Part shown: piece after piece, positions 40,321-52,892 of the stretch
How positions within the stretch are numbered: position 1 is the first letter of the stretch
How the letters are laid out: every line of letters begins with the position of its first letter
Assembly: GCA_910592345.1 (NCBI GenBank)
Contig: CAJVPI010000110.1
Location: 1 to 53,143, forward strand
Direction: 5' to 3'
DNA length: 53,143 nt
Source of the DNA: Paraglomus brasilianum
Taxonomy: Eukaryota
The notes under the pieces: generated by a model
Told to the model about the DNA's origin: nothing
The model's database searches: none
The model's input: the letters and a program-made list of their open reading frames with translations, nothing else
Program-made: the position numbers and the translations under genes

Positions 40321-43300
40321 AATGAAATAAACTGTCGTTTACGAAAGATAAATCGTAACGATAAATGTGTATTGATGCAAAATCAATCATTGATTAAATA
40401 AGAGTATTTTTCTGCGCCATTGCAATGGTAACATTTCTGGAATTTTTGGTAACGACGCCACAATCCGGAGGCTCATGATCTCGAGCAGTTATATCCTACT
40501 TCGATACAACGTGTTTGATCCGGTGGCTGCAGTTGACTTGATGTTCCAGTAACTTTATATGGCGTAGGTCAAAAAATGTTTGAGCGCCATTGAAACATTT
40601 AGGGATCGTAACTGTTTGAACGACAGAGATTTCTGCGGCTTGTGCAGAACACAGTTTGTTTGTTTTGTTAAGGTGTTATGAGTGTTTTCATATTATAATT
40701 ATCCAGAAGGTTTTTGCCGGCTTTGGAAGGATAGTTTGGATTATGAGAAAAAAATATACTGTCAATGACATAAGGCTGATTCGATGTATAATTTAATTAT
40801 TTAGATTATAGTGTTATTAACTTAACTTTAAAGAACGTTTGTTTTAAAGCATTTCCGGGTAAGCTACTAACAAAAAAGTTCTCACAATGACAAACTTATC
40901 GAATTCCCTTTAAACCGATTCAAGCCTTGCGAAAAAGGTCCATTGCCGCTATTTGATCCACGGCAGAGTTCTGATTTAATAAAGAACTTTGTCGAAGTCT
41001 ACCTTAAATTTACCAAAGAATGAAAAATTTGTTGAATCTTTACTTCCTCCTCCTGAGATGATAGATTCAATCAGTTGTTTTGTTTTGCGATAATTACAGT
41101 ATCAACTGTAATAGTAATACGTGTGTAACGATAAATAGGGCAAAACCCAGTTATAAAAATTTCAGGGGATGGACGTCATGGTGGTACATCATAACGCCAC
41201 AGTAGGACTATAATTAGGGTCCCCCTATAATTATCAAGTTGTTCGGCCCGTAGCGAAATCCAGCCCGATTCGCAATAGTCCAATATCACAACCAATAAGC
41301 GACATTGTTTATGTAATAACAGCGAATAAAATGTGCTTATTTCGAACTGGGCCCGATTTTGAATCGGGAACAAGCCATTAATGGGGTATAACTTGTTTTT
41401 TCACTTTTTTGTTATTAATATCATCTTCAATACCATAAGAAAGACAAAAATTTCTTATTGTAGATGCTGCAATGGCCTTTTGTTTGCCAAGCAATTTATG
41501 AATTTCAAATGCCCATTTAAATTTCATTCCCCGACTCTGTGTTGTGTAGTCGGTCATTACAAGTTACGCCATTTAGCAACAGACCGAGAAGAAAGCAAAA
41601 AGAATTCGCTTGTGAATATTAAGCATTCTGTAAACCTAATTTATATTGGCGAAAATTGATAGATTTTTTTTATTTTAAATAATGTATTATTTAATAATAT
41701 TTATTGATTAGCAAATCGTAAAGTATCATTCCGATAATCAGTATATTAGTTTGATAAAACACATGCCTTCAATTGCTCGGTCGGTCGACAAAGTCCGCAA
41801 ATTTCTTGGATACTACATGTCGATGCTGTATGCCACACGTTTAGAGGTAAGGCCGTAGAATGCATTCTGATAACACCTCAAATTTAAGTAATTCTCTTAT
41901 CTTGGAACACAACATAAACACCAGTACATAGATCTATCTATGGCTATTGAAAGTTCCCTTCTTATGATGCGTGCATAAAATGCAGGTTGGAACGTATCTG
42001 TGGCGCTTGATAATCAATGGCCCCTGCAAATACACTGTAGTTCCCGGCGTGGTGGGGTGTTATTGTTATCAGTTATGATATGATTGTATGTCAAATTACT
42101 TATTATTATGGCGTAACAAATACGATCTCTGATTTGTTTAGACAATCACCTTATCATAGTCGTCATCAATTTGACATATGCTGATGCTTCATGAATAAAA
42201 TGGTTATGAGATCCTATTGTTGACATCGCACATGAATAATTCGCACCCTTCCTACCATTGTTGTCATATCCCATCAATCTTTGACATACTACATGTAGCA
42301 CGATCAGGACCAAGATAGAGACTTACTTCAAATCCCTTGAAAAGGCCAGCGAACAACAATAGAAAGAAAATTTTTAACCTTTTTGGGGATTGGAGATCCT
42401 GAATACTCTGACTGGCGATATCTTTAATTCGCCACAGTTCCTGTCTAGTCATATGAACGTCAAGCCTCTTACACTAGCCCATTCTCTAGACGTAACACCT
42501 CAGCAATTGGATGACTCGGTACTTGCTGTTTTTAGTTGCGGATTGCCAAGGAAAAAGCTGGTAGGTTCTTAGAAGTATTCACGGTGTCACACATCTGCAG
42601 TCATGTGTAATAGTAAAGGAAACAAGGAATAATGATTAATTTTACAACCCAATCTCGCTCTTATAGTATTTAATATTTTTATTGCCTGATAGAACCTTGA
42701 GTCACGAGAACCATGAATAAACAAAGTTGTCTAGTGAAGATTGCGTGTATATGTATCAGAGTAAAGTAGAAATTTGATTTTGTTAGAGAAGTATTACTAT
42801 TATGGAGATAATTAACAAGTGCCGAAGTTTCATATAGAATGTCATTAGTATCATATAATTTAATGGATTTGCACTATTTGTTTTCCAATACGTGATACAT
42901 TAATAAGCTTAATTTAAGAACGTTGTGATGCTTTTTGATATCACTCTTGCTAACAGAGATTCGCTGGTTTTAATACATCTTAGTTTACTAGCTGCAGGCA
43001 CAAATTGAACAGATTGACACTTTTGGTCAACTGGTATTTCTACACTTGAAAAATTACACTTCATTAAATTCACAAGTGTACAAACTTTGAAACATAAATA
43101 ATAATAAGATCTGAGTAATATTGTTAAGTAAACACGTTTTTGACTTGGCATTCATGTACAACTGCTTCATACTAAACATTAATGATGACGTTTTGCTATT
43201 CTGACACATCTGGAGTAAATGCTAAAGATGTTGCCTACTTGTCAGTTGTTAGCACAGTAACAGGCGACTGAAACGTAATTATTTACATGAAGGAACTCGA

Positions 43301-43601
43301 GTTTATTGATCAAGAACAACGACCTGTAAATATGGATACACTCTCCAAAATTGATCTATCATATTTAACTTGGAATTGTATTTCAAAGCTCCTTATGTCT
43401 GGATTCAGCTGATTCCTATAATTCTTTCAGCTTTTTTATTGTTTAATTTTTTTCCTACTCGACATAATATTACTATAGTTTACAGCATTGTTAATATCCA
43501 TCGAGCAGATGATGAGAAATATGATATTCAAATGATAACAAATAAAATACACACACATTACATTTAAAAAATCAGCCAAAGCTCTGATTTTGCTCTCCGA
43601 C

Positions 43602-44595
43602 CTAACGTGCAAACCCATTTGTAACATCCTTAGCGTACTGCTTGGCCTTCCGCTGCTGTCTCCTAAGAAGAGCCTCCATTCCAGCGCCAAATGCATATAA
43701 AAATGTAGCAATACCAATAATAACAGCAAATAAAGTGTAATTTGCAAAGAACTGAGAAATGGCATTTCCTCCCGTAGTATTAGTAGTAGTAGTAGTATCA
43801 GCTACAGCACCAGTAGCTCCTTGACCACTAGCCAGATCGAACGTCTGCTTAAGAGTGTAATAGGATGGCTGATCCGTGGTAACTACCACCGCCTGAATAG
43901 TGACGTTACCCTGTGCAGAACCGCCTGAACTCCATGACATTACTAGTTTACTGGGGTCCTTTAGATTACTGTCTTGGTGAGTGAGAGTGGTCTGAGGACC
44001 ACCGGAACAGGTTTTAAACTGGAGACCTTGGGGAGCAGTGAACGTGCCAAAACGCTTTTGGTTTGCATCAACAACGTAGATGAGAATACCCTCAAATTTA
44101 CTACCCGAAAGGGAGATGTCAAAGTTGCCCTTGGTGATGTCTTTTGGTTTGACATTTATTGCGTATCCACTATATGAAATATATATATGGAAGAATTGAA
44201 TTAATAATGGTGAATGCAGGTGATTGAAAATGCGATAAGGTTAGTATGTTACTGGGTATTCAAAGATAGAATAAACGACGCAACGGCAAGCGAATTACTA
44301 CTACTGTCTGCACAAACAAACGTCGAAAACGACGGCGTGTGTTATGTCCATTCCCATTCCCATTCCCATCATTCAACGATCAAATACCAATGATCATTCT
44401 CGATACCATCATATCTCATTCTATTAAGCTAATGTAAACTTACCCAGTCCCTGTAAATTTCGACGGTCCATGTCCACTGGATATTCCGCCCACGTCACAA
44501 GTACCAGCACCGTTAGGAAAGGCTTGGGATGTGAGCGTCGCAGCAAAAAGAGCACACAACGCGAGGAGACGAGATGTTGTACTTTTCAAGAACAT
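43602..44595 (-). CDS. Secreted Reeler-domain protein with C-terminal transmembrane anchor, 239 aa (exons 44595-44444, 44169-43602)
   Basis: Signal peptide MFLKSTTSRLLALCALFAATLTSQA, then FPNGAGTC..H, FEGILIYVVD..RFGTF..C..TLTH..K..W..NVTIQAVVV (Reeler pattern), Thr-rich stalk, TM LFAVIIGIATFLYAFGA, basic tail. GTAAGT..TAG intron, phase 2. The ORF track shows a wrong frame upstream. Confidence 0.82.
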
Positions 44596-44775
44596 ATTGT
44601 ATGGTTAACGAGTATGATGGTAAAAGTCGAGGGTATTGTCTTGTTTATGGAATCGCCAGCGATTCGTATGTGTCAGGTCGAAGTTATTTTAATGACAGTT
44701 AGTGGTGTGGATGGGTATCTTTTTAATGTATGAAGTCATTTAGGCTTGGAAATATATTTCAGGTTGGATGCGTTG

Positions 44776-44845
44776 ATTGGCTGACTGGGAACGTTTCAAA
44801 AGGGGATAATAAAGATAATGAACTATATTCACAATGTAACGATAA
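44776..44845. promoter_or_regulatory. Clustered GATAA sites and CCAAT box in the bidirectional promoter
   Basis: ATTGG at 44776; GATAA at 44805, 44814 and 44841. These are short motifs in AT-rich DNA. Confidence 0.3.
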
Positions 44846-45315
44846 TACAAACATTAATAATCAAAGACTCGTATTCATGATGAACTGTGTGACAGGGGCT
44901 TTGTCAAGTTTTAGCCACCTACGTACATAATAGGCATATTGTTTTGTTCTTCACGGGGCAGCAAATCATACAGTTTCCTTTTTAGTCCATATCTCATACA
45001 TTTGGTTCCTGATCCTTACATATAAGCAAATACTATATCATTTTCGCACTTTGCTACTGTGTAGACTAAATTACGTTCCGGTTCACTCTGCCACGCGAAA
45101 TTTTTCGCTCATTTCAATAACTCATAATAATATTACGAGCTGGGCTCGTCCATATTCCTCAAAAAATAACATAGTCTTATTCATATAAAATCCTTTTCAT
45201 CACTCGCATCCTCACGTTCTAATATACCCTACTCAAAAAACAACAAAAGCATTTGTTACGCTATCTTTTGTCATAACTTCACTTATCCAAAACTCATCCT
45301 TTTAGACTCTCTACA

Positions 45316-46986
45316 ATGCAATTGGATCCTACTTTTGCCGGTGGATACTATCTAGCCATAGTATTATTGATTTTTATAGTCGTATTGTCTATACGATATC
45401 AGACTATTCAAGTATGGCGATACTTTAGTAGAAATAGATGGCCTGTTCTCATCGATCTTCCAACAACGTCAAGAGAAAAAGCCGGAAAATTGGCTGCTTA
45501 CGAAGCAAGCGGAGAAGTAGGAAGAATGTCCGTGGCAGTTGTACCCGAATCCCACATAATGTATTCCACTGTATCAGTATGGATGCATAAAATCTGGAAT
45601 TCCGCATTCCATTTCGTTGGCTTCGAGAGCATGGAATTCAACGAACTCGTTCTCCTTCTCCTCTTCATCACTCTCAATCTCGTATTCCTCCTACTCCCTT
45701 TCGAGAATGGCGCATCCATCGCAACTGATCTCGTCAACCGAGCTGCTCACGTTGCGCTGGCTAACGCTGCATTCGTATTTCCACTGGCTACTCGCAACTC
45801 TGTCTTTGTGACTCTTATTGGAGTACCGTTCGAACGCATAATCAAATTTCATAGATGGACCGGTCGCATGATATTCTTTATGATTGCATTACATGGCGGT
45901 ACTCAAATTCAACAGCAATACTCGGCCACTAAATCGATTAACCAAGCGCTATTCGGAGACAATCAATATTTGACTGGTAGTCTTGCATTCTTGTCCATAA
46001 TAATTATCGTGATCACGTCCCACGCGGTAATCAGACGGTTCGCATTCGAGGCATTCTGGTGGTCACATTTCACCTTTATATTCTTTATTATATTCGGAGT
46101 TTTGCACAACGAGTGGTTCGGACCATACGTCGCATTTGGGATATCGCTATACGTTGTCGATAGATTGATTCGATTTGTGAAAAGCAATATCAAGAGCATC
46201 AAAATCGTCAACATAGAACCAATACAAACAGGAGTCACTCGTGTGGTATTCGAAAGAGATATGCATTACGAAGCAGGACAATATGCATTCGTCAACTTTC
46301 CCAATCTGAATGCCCCCTTGAGCTTGGTAACATGGCATCCTGTATCGCTGTCATCTGCTCCATCAATAGAAGATGATGGCATTCCTTTACATACCGTTCA
46401 TCTAAAGGCTGCCGGTGGATTCACGAAAAAGCTCTACGAGAAAGCACGGAATCAGTCGGGAATGTCGCCTGGTGTACTAAAGATGAAATTTGATGGGCCA
46501 TATGGGAAACCATCTTTGGAGTTCTCTGAACAGAGGACAGTCATGTTGGTGGCTGGTGGTATTGGTGTTACACCTATGATAAGTATATTACGTGACTTGG
46601 TGGACAAGCAGTTGTCTGGACTACCATTGGCGACGCAAGCAATATACTTTATATGGGTTGTACCGGATATCGATTCTTATGCATGGTTCGCATCTGAGCT
46701 CCAGGAGCTTCTTCATAGAGCATCTGCTTTGCCAGACAACAAGTACATAATAGACGTAAAAGTATTCTTGACTAGATCACAGACCACTCCATCATCAATA
46801 TTCTTCCAAGGAAGACCTAGCTTTGATTTCTTACTAAAGAGTGTGAAGGATTTCCATGGATCAGGTGATATAGCAGTCGGTGTGTGCGGACCGGCCGTTA
46901 TGATAAAAGAAGTGAAGAACTCTGCAATGGCTAGGAGCGATCGATATGGATTAGTGAATGTACATTCAGAAACTTACGAGTTGTAG
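45316..46986 (+). CDS. Ferric/cupric reductase (FRE/NOX flavocytochrome b family), intronless, 556 aa
   Basis: Heme histidines FHRWTG..ALH and WSH..VLH; FAD-binding WHPVS; DGPYG; VAGGIGVTP; VCGP; C-terminal HSETYEL. Confidence 0.95.
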   Translation: MQLDPTFAGGYYLAIVLLIFIVVLSIRYQTIQVWRYFSRNRWPVLIDLPTTSREKAGKLAAYEASGEVGRMSVAVVPESHIMYSTVSVWMHKIWNSAFHFVGFESMEFNELVLLLLFITLNLVFLLLPFENGASIATDLVNRAAHVALANAAFVFPLATRNSVFVTLIGVPFERIIKFHRWTGRMIFFMIALHGGTQIQQQYSATKSINQALFGDNQYLTGSLAFLSIIIIVITSHAVIRRFAFEAFWWSHFTFIFFIIFGVLHNEWFGPYVAFGISLYVVDRLIRFVKSNIKSIKIVNIEPIQTGVTRVVFERDMHYEAGQYAFVNFPNLNAPLSLVTWHPVSLSSAPSIEDDGIPLHTVHLKAAGGFTKKLYEKARNQSGMSPGVLKMKFDGPYGKPSLEFSEQRTVMLVAGGIGVTPMISILRDLVDKQLSGLPLATQAIYFIWVVPDIDSYAWFASELQELLHRASALPDNKYIIDVKVFLTRSQTTPSSIFFQGRPSFDFLLKSVKDFHGSGDIAVGVCGPAVMIKEVKNSAMARSDRYGLVNVHSETYEL

Positions 46987-48602
46987 GATCTATACGAGTA
47001 GTGTTAATTAGGATAACATGAACTCTGTGACGATATCCTGGTTGATATTTGTCTTAATATTTTCGTCTTGGTCAGAGAAAGTCTACAATGTTTATTGAAT
47101 GTCCATTATGTCTATTGTAAATGCAATTAAACGTTCGAAATAATAAAACCAAATAAAAAATTTTGATGTATTTTTAATTTATGCAATCAGTGGAATTCGC
47201 ATTGAATACTTATGTGAGACAATTAACGAATATCTCGTGACACGTATAGTAATGAAAGTAAAAGAATCTATTAATAAGACTAAAATTCATTTCCCTCTTT
47301 GAATCTCATCTTCTGGGGATTATTTTGAAAATTTAGCGTAAATTTAACGTGCATTTAGTTAAGAACACGGCTAATATTTTAAAATCTCAGATAACGTTTT
47401 AAGCAGTGAATGATTGCCTGAGCAACAACTTTTTTGATTAATTCTATGAAAACTCTCACATGCATTGATTACAAAAGTGTCTAAATATAGTAGCATCAAT
47501 GTTCAAACTTTGCAAAAGTTAGTAACCTAGAACATATGATAAAAACACTTGACTTCCAATAAATACAATTTTAAATTTAATATGGTATAAGGCCCGATCG
47601 ACCTCTTCCTTCGTTTGTATCGAAATCTGTTCGGCCATTTAATAGACCGGATTTTTAATATCATGGAAACGTTGAATGTTGTGCTTGTCATGGGTAATGG
47701 CCGTCACGACCTTTATGCCAAATTTAGTATTAGTATTCGATATTGCATTACTAAATCCTAATAGTAATAGGCCAATAATTGTCAGTTTTATTTCACGCAA
47801 GACTGTCCTGTGTCCTCTATATTAACTCGTGTTTTTGCAATTTTATTCGCGTAAAAAAAGTTTCTAATTCCAGTAAGAATATAGTTAACGAGTATATTTT
47901 AATTTTTGATAAACCATATGAGGATAACCCACATGGAAAGTTCTTACCGACAGTTTGGTAAAGCATATCCTCGAAGTACTATTATTGGCTTTCATGCTGA
48001 ATCGAAACTTTCCATATTTATCCTACTCCGTTACCATAGTAAAATTACGATCGACAAATTTGCTATTATAACACCTTTTTAACACGACTATATTAATTTC
48101 TGTGATCAGTTTATTATGAATACTTTGCTGGGAAGTGGCTTAAACTCGTGCATTTTATTAAATAAATGTAAGCTTCAACAAATTTGGTGTCTTCAATACA
48201 GAACCGCGCTTTAGCATCACAACGTTTATATTCAATATTGTTTTACAAATGCACAATGTGGCTCTTTAGCAAACCATGCTTCATTGTAAACAGCTTGCAT
48301 CCTTTTGCCATAAGCGTAAAATTTTCCTTTTTTTGAAAAAAGTTACGTCATTTTACAGCATTCGTATTCTGAATACAACTTAAAAAAATATGATAGTAAT
48401 GCAAGTTTATATCAAATAAATATGAGAAGACCGTAGTCTATACCTACACTATCATATACAAAATTACAGACTTTTAGTTCGTGATCAAACCCCGCCAAAA
48501 GCAGGATTACGATGGACCCCCATTCTTTGCAACCATCTTTCTGACCCACTATTGCTATATTCGACGTATTAGATGTTTAATATATCATGCGAGAAGAACG
48601 CA

Positions 48603-48829
48603 GTTACATTACTTGGTTATTTAAGAACCAATAACTTTCATAGTATTGATATCCGTACTCTTCAATGTTGCATATCTGATATAATACAAGAATAATTTTT
48701 GCACAACGGCAGTTCTTTACATCACTTGGTTATTTAAGAACCAATAACTCTCATAGTATTGATGTCGTACTCTTCAAATGTTGCATATCTGATATGATGC
48801 AAGAAGAATTTTTGCACAACGGCAGTTCT
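48603..48829. repeat. Tandem duplication, two copies of ~114 bp
   Basis: acttggttatttaagaaccaataact...tttttgcacaacggcagttct occurs twice. Confidence 0.9.
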
Positions 48830-49974
48830 GTGTAAAAAATAAATCAAGTCAAACCTAAAAATAAAAAAGCCTTCTGGAAAATAGACATTGATTCTTAAAT
48901 ATTTACTTGAACACACTAACAAAAGCACGTAAATGGATCAATAGTTTCTGGAATCGAAAAAACTAATAATTTTTATCACATACTAAACTTTTATTTTACT
49001 AAGTAAATTACAATGGGTAAATGAAATATTAACGCGCATGTATTCATAAAATATTGAGCGAAATATAATTACGTAAAGTTGTACTAACAATTTTCGAACT
49101 TTGGTTGTCGAACTTCGATCATAGGACAACTTTGAAAAGTTTTGTTTTAACGTATCTTATGTGATTAAGTAACGACGTTTGAAAAGTCTTAAAATACGTA
49201 ACTATAAATTTTTATTAAAAATTGGTCCAAACGTAAAAATAGTATTATATATTAGACGCGTCTTCTTCTTGTATTAATTACATCACTCAATACGCATTGT
49301 TTGCATCTAACAAAGGACACACGGGTTTGTTTGTTATAAATTAATTAGTAATCAGATAATACAAACCCTTCTGCAAATGTCCATTCATTTATGTCCAGGC
49401 ACTGTAGATGTGCAATGCACATAACCTGATAACAGGCGAACAAAAGGTTGATCACTATTTATTTTTGTTGCAGAATATTTAGAGTCAAGTGTTTTCTATC
49501 ATTTATCGCATAAATTGTATAATCAAGAAAACTATTGTATGTTTTGGTGACTAATGGATCGAACGTCCTTGATATGCAATTAATTTTTTTTTACTACGAG
49601 CATATTTAATTTTGCAAAATCCGAAACAATCTTTGCTTATTTTATGACTTGGCATTAATGTACGATTTATTTAATAAAGTGGTAATTAGTGTAATTGCAA
49701 AACTTTTATTCAAACACTTACAGGACCAGAGCGTTTTAGATGCAAAGTTTGAATTGGTAGGCAAAGACAAGGAACAACCCGCTCACGGCAGTATTACATA
49801 TTCTGGGTTTCAAACTCAAAAGTCTGAAACACTTGCCAGACTTTAAACGAAAATTCATGTGATCTAATCGATTGCTTACGTATATTGCCATTTGTGGTGC
49901 AGGACGCCGCGTGTTTACACAAGTTGTGAAACTCGCGCTGCTTATTGATGGTGCACGGGATTACACAGATGGTA

Positions 49975-50593
49975 CAGTCCACCCACCATATATGCACACC
50001 CCTTGGAAATGAGCTGTCGCGTGCATATATGGAGGATCAGCATTTTGTTGGTTGCACGTGTTATATATTTTATTTATTCATATTAATAATAATAACGATA
50101 ATTAAAATACCTGTTTATTGTTTTTGACTAAAAAAATTGTTTGTTTCTTTGCATTCGTCAACTTTAAAACAATGTAGTAATCAAAAGCATTAACATGTTT
50201 AAGTAACTCCTTAGAATTTTCTTGCTGTTGCAAAAAGGAAAGAACTAATATTAAACGAAAGACAAGCAATTTGACAACGATTCACCGAATTTTTTTCAAT
50301 GTGTAACCAATAAGACAGCGCAATATGAAAGTATTACAAATCACACTCTTTGTATGATCTTTACTTTGTTTAGATATCTTGTGTTATCATTTGTCACATG
50401 AAAATCAGGGCGTGCATATAGAGTCATATAGCGATAGCAGGAAGTGAACAAACCGTGCAATGCAGAATATAGGGTGTGCATATATTTACTAAATCCCGAG
50501 CTTGGGAATAAGACTTGGCGTGCATATATGGAGGGTGTGCATATATGAAGGGTGTGCATATATGAAGGGTGTGCATATATGAAGGGTGGACTG
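49975..50593. mobile_element. pogo/Tigger-type MITE
   Basis: TA|cagtccacccaccatatatgcacaccc...gggtgtgcatatatgaagggtggactg|CA (right TSD mutated). Subterminal 17-mer tandem gggtgtgcatatatgaa at 50515-50590. Confidence 0.85.
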
Positions 50594-51649
50594 CATTATT
50601 TTCTCCAGTATTTTGGAACACAACAGCCAAAAGAGTTCGCTCTCTAAGAGAATAAATGACGACCTTTATTATTTAAAAAGGAAACCCATGTAAAAATATA
50701 ATCGTATACACACGCATATAGTATATAATATACACAAATAATCAAGTATTGCAATGCTATGGCACGTGCTAAGCCTTTAAAAAGCGGGTTCACAGTTGTT
50801 TTGCAAAACTACGGTTCTAACAAAGAGCTATTCAGTATGCGTTCTTCAGGGGGTGGATAGCTTAAAATAGGAGTTGTGCGATGCAAAAAATTTTTTACCA
50901 TAGAAAAACTAAACAGCGACGCCAAAATGCAAGGTGCAGGCCTTGTGATAATGTTGTATGTGTTATAAGCAAGGGAAAACCTACCAATCTGTGTAACCAA
51001 GCTTGGTTTACTATGGTAGATATTAATATTGCAATTTGTGGTAATGCTAAAGCGCGCAGATAATTGAGTTCAGCCTAGATAACCAATATTGTTTATTGCG
51101 CGCATATTTTGCCAACGACCCAATAAAGATTGTTCTCTTTTTACAATTTGTAATTTCTTTTCTCATGGGTAATAATATTCATCATTCTTCCCCAAAATAA
51201 TCAAGATTAGTGACGGTAGTTGCCTTGGGACGATTATACCGTACTTGGTTTGTTTGAGCCTTGTGACTAAAGCCTTAGGATATGCTTGAAAACAATTAAA
51301 AAATTGTGGTTAATTCAAATCCGGTACTAATACTAATAAATATGTGTTAGTTAATTGTTATTTGCTCCTTAATGGTTTCGGGTCATACGTAATACTATTA
51401 GCACTTTACATTTATTTTATGCCTTGCGGTCGAATGGTATTACCATGGGATTCTGCTAACGTGTACATTCATAACGTAAAATGCCAATTTATGTCGTACT
51501 TAGAACTCACAAAACATATCAGTTGACTGTTTTGATTAGACGCGTATTTTGGAAGAAAATAAAGTATATGCATTTTATTCCAAAACCTTTTTCGCGCACT
51601 GTATCTTTGGAGCCTTTATGGTCGGCGTAATCATTTCTCACTCGGACGG

Positions 51650-52850
51650 ATTTGCCTTGGGTATGGGGTGAGCGCAAATTCGTGCAAACTGTCGTGCGTA
51701 TTGGAATGCTCCTTCAAGGTACACATGGCAAATCGCCTGCAAACATTATCGACGAAGTGATTAATGAAGCATTAACTGCTAGGGACAAGATAATCAATCA
51801 AAATATAGGGTCAACCACGAATCAACAAATAAGTTCGCCTTTGTCATTTCGATCCCGAAAAGATTTGCGACAAAATTTTCCAAATCCACATGGAACCGTT
51901 TTTATATCATCCATCTCCATAATCCATCAAGCTTTCCGCATCTTGCCATAAGCCTATTATCATTCTGGACAAAAAACGCGTAATAATAAGTGGCCCGTTC
52001 CTCACAGAATGACGTCCGATTGTAAGTTTACAAAACAAATAAATGGAAATTTTCATGGGTTTACGAGACGCAAAAACAACTCCGCAAAACCCAAGCGGAT
52101 GCTTCTATTCATGCAGTTTCCATCGACCCTGGCGTTCGTACATCCTTCACATGGTACTCTCCTGCTAAAAGTGTAGGTAAAATTGGCCAATCCGACATTG
52201 GACGAATTATTTGCCTATTGCAAGCACATGGACAATCTTCTTTCTATAAGGACAAGCTGGCTGCTCTAGTTCGAAATGTAAGAAGAAAAGGCCTCGCGAC
52301 TTGATAAGGCAATCTCTCGGATGCGACGAAAAATCAAACACCTGCAAAGCGAACTTTATAAAAAGAGTGTCGCATTTTTCACTCGCAAATTCGATGCCAT
52401 TATCATCACTCCTTTTGAGGTGTTGAATATGATAAATCGAAAAACAAGAAAAACAACACAAAAAACGGTTCGCAAATTGCTCTGCTGGGGCCACTATCAA
52501 TTTCGCCAACGCCTGGTGGCTAAAGCAGAAGAATTAGGCCGTGTGATTATCCAAAACGAGGCCTATACTTCAAAAACTTGCAGCTGGTGTGGAAGCGTTC
52601 AAAAAATAGGAGGGTCCGAGATGTACAGCCAACTGCCTATAATTCGACCGCTTGCGTTCCGAGGTTATCGATCAAATTAACGTACAAGTCGAATTATCGT
52701 CAGTTAATTACAATAGAAATAATAATAAATGTCAAAAAATGTTCTGTAGCCAGTGGTCGAATTATCGGCAGTTGACTGTACAAGTGGCTCGGGAATCTTC
52801 CTCCGGGCATTGCTTGATGGAGCCTTGATTCTCTCCGGAGAAATAGTAGT
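51650..52850 (+). pseudogene. Fanzor2 / IS607-type TnpB RNA-guided nuclease pseudogene
   Basis: LSFRSRK, SDCKF, RuvC-I AVSIDPGVRT (Asp codon 52125), RuvC-II PFE, WGHYQFRQRL..KAEE, NEAYTSKTCSWCG..IGGS, and after the MITE AR-GIFLRAL. Several frameshifts. Confidence 0.9.
52626..52778. mobile_element. 153-bp pogo/Tc1-type MITE inserted in the Fanzor gene
   Basis: TA|cagccaactgcctataattcgacc...ggtcgaattatcggcagttgactg|TA. Confidence 0.92.
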
Positions 52851-52892
52851 AATGCCTACTATCTATTGATATGTTACAATCCATCCGGACTA

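Noticed and set aside
42264..42572. Short overlapping ORFs with a splice-donor-like site
   Set aside because: Could not assemble a coherent gene.
43961..44155. 64-aa ORF MSNQKTSP...
   Set aside because: Wrong frame of Reeler exon 2.
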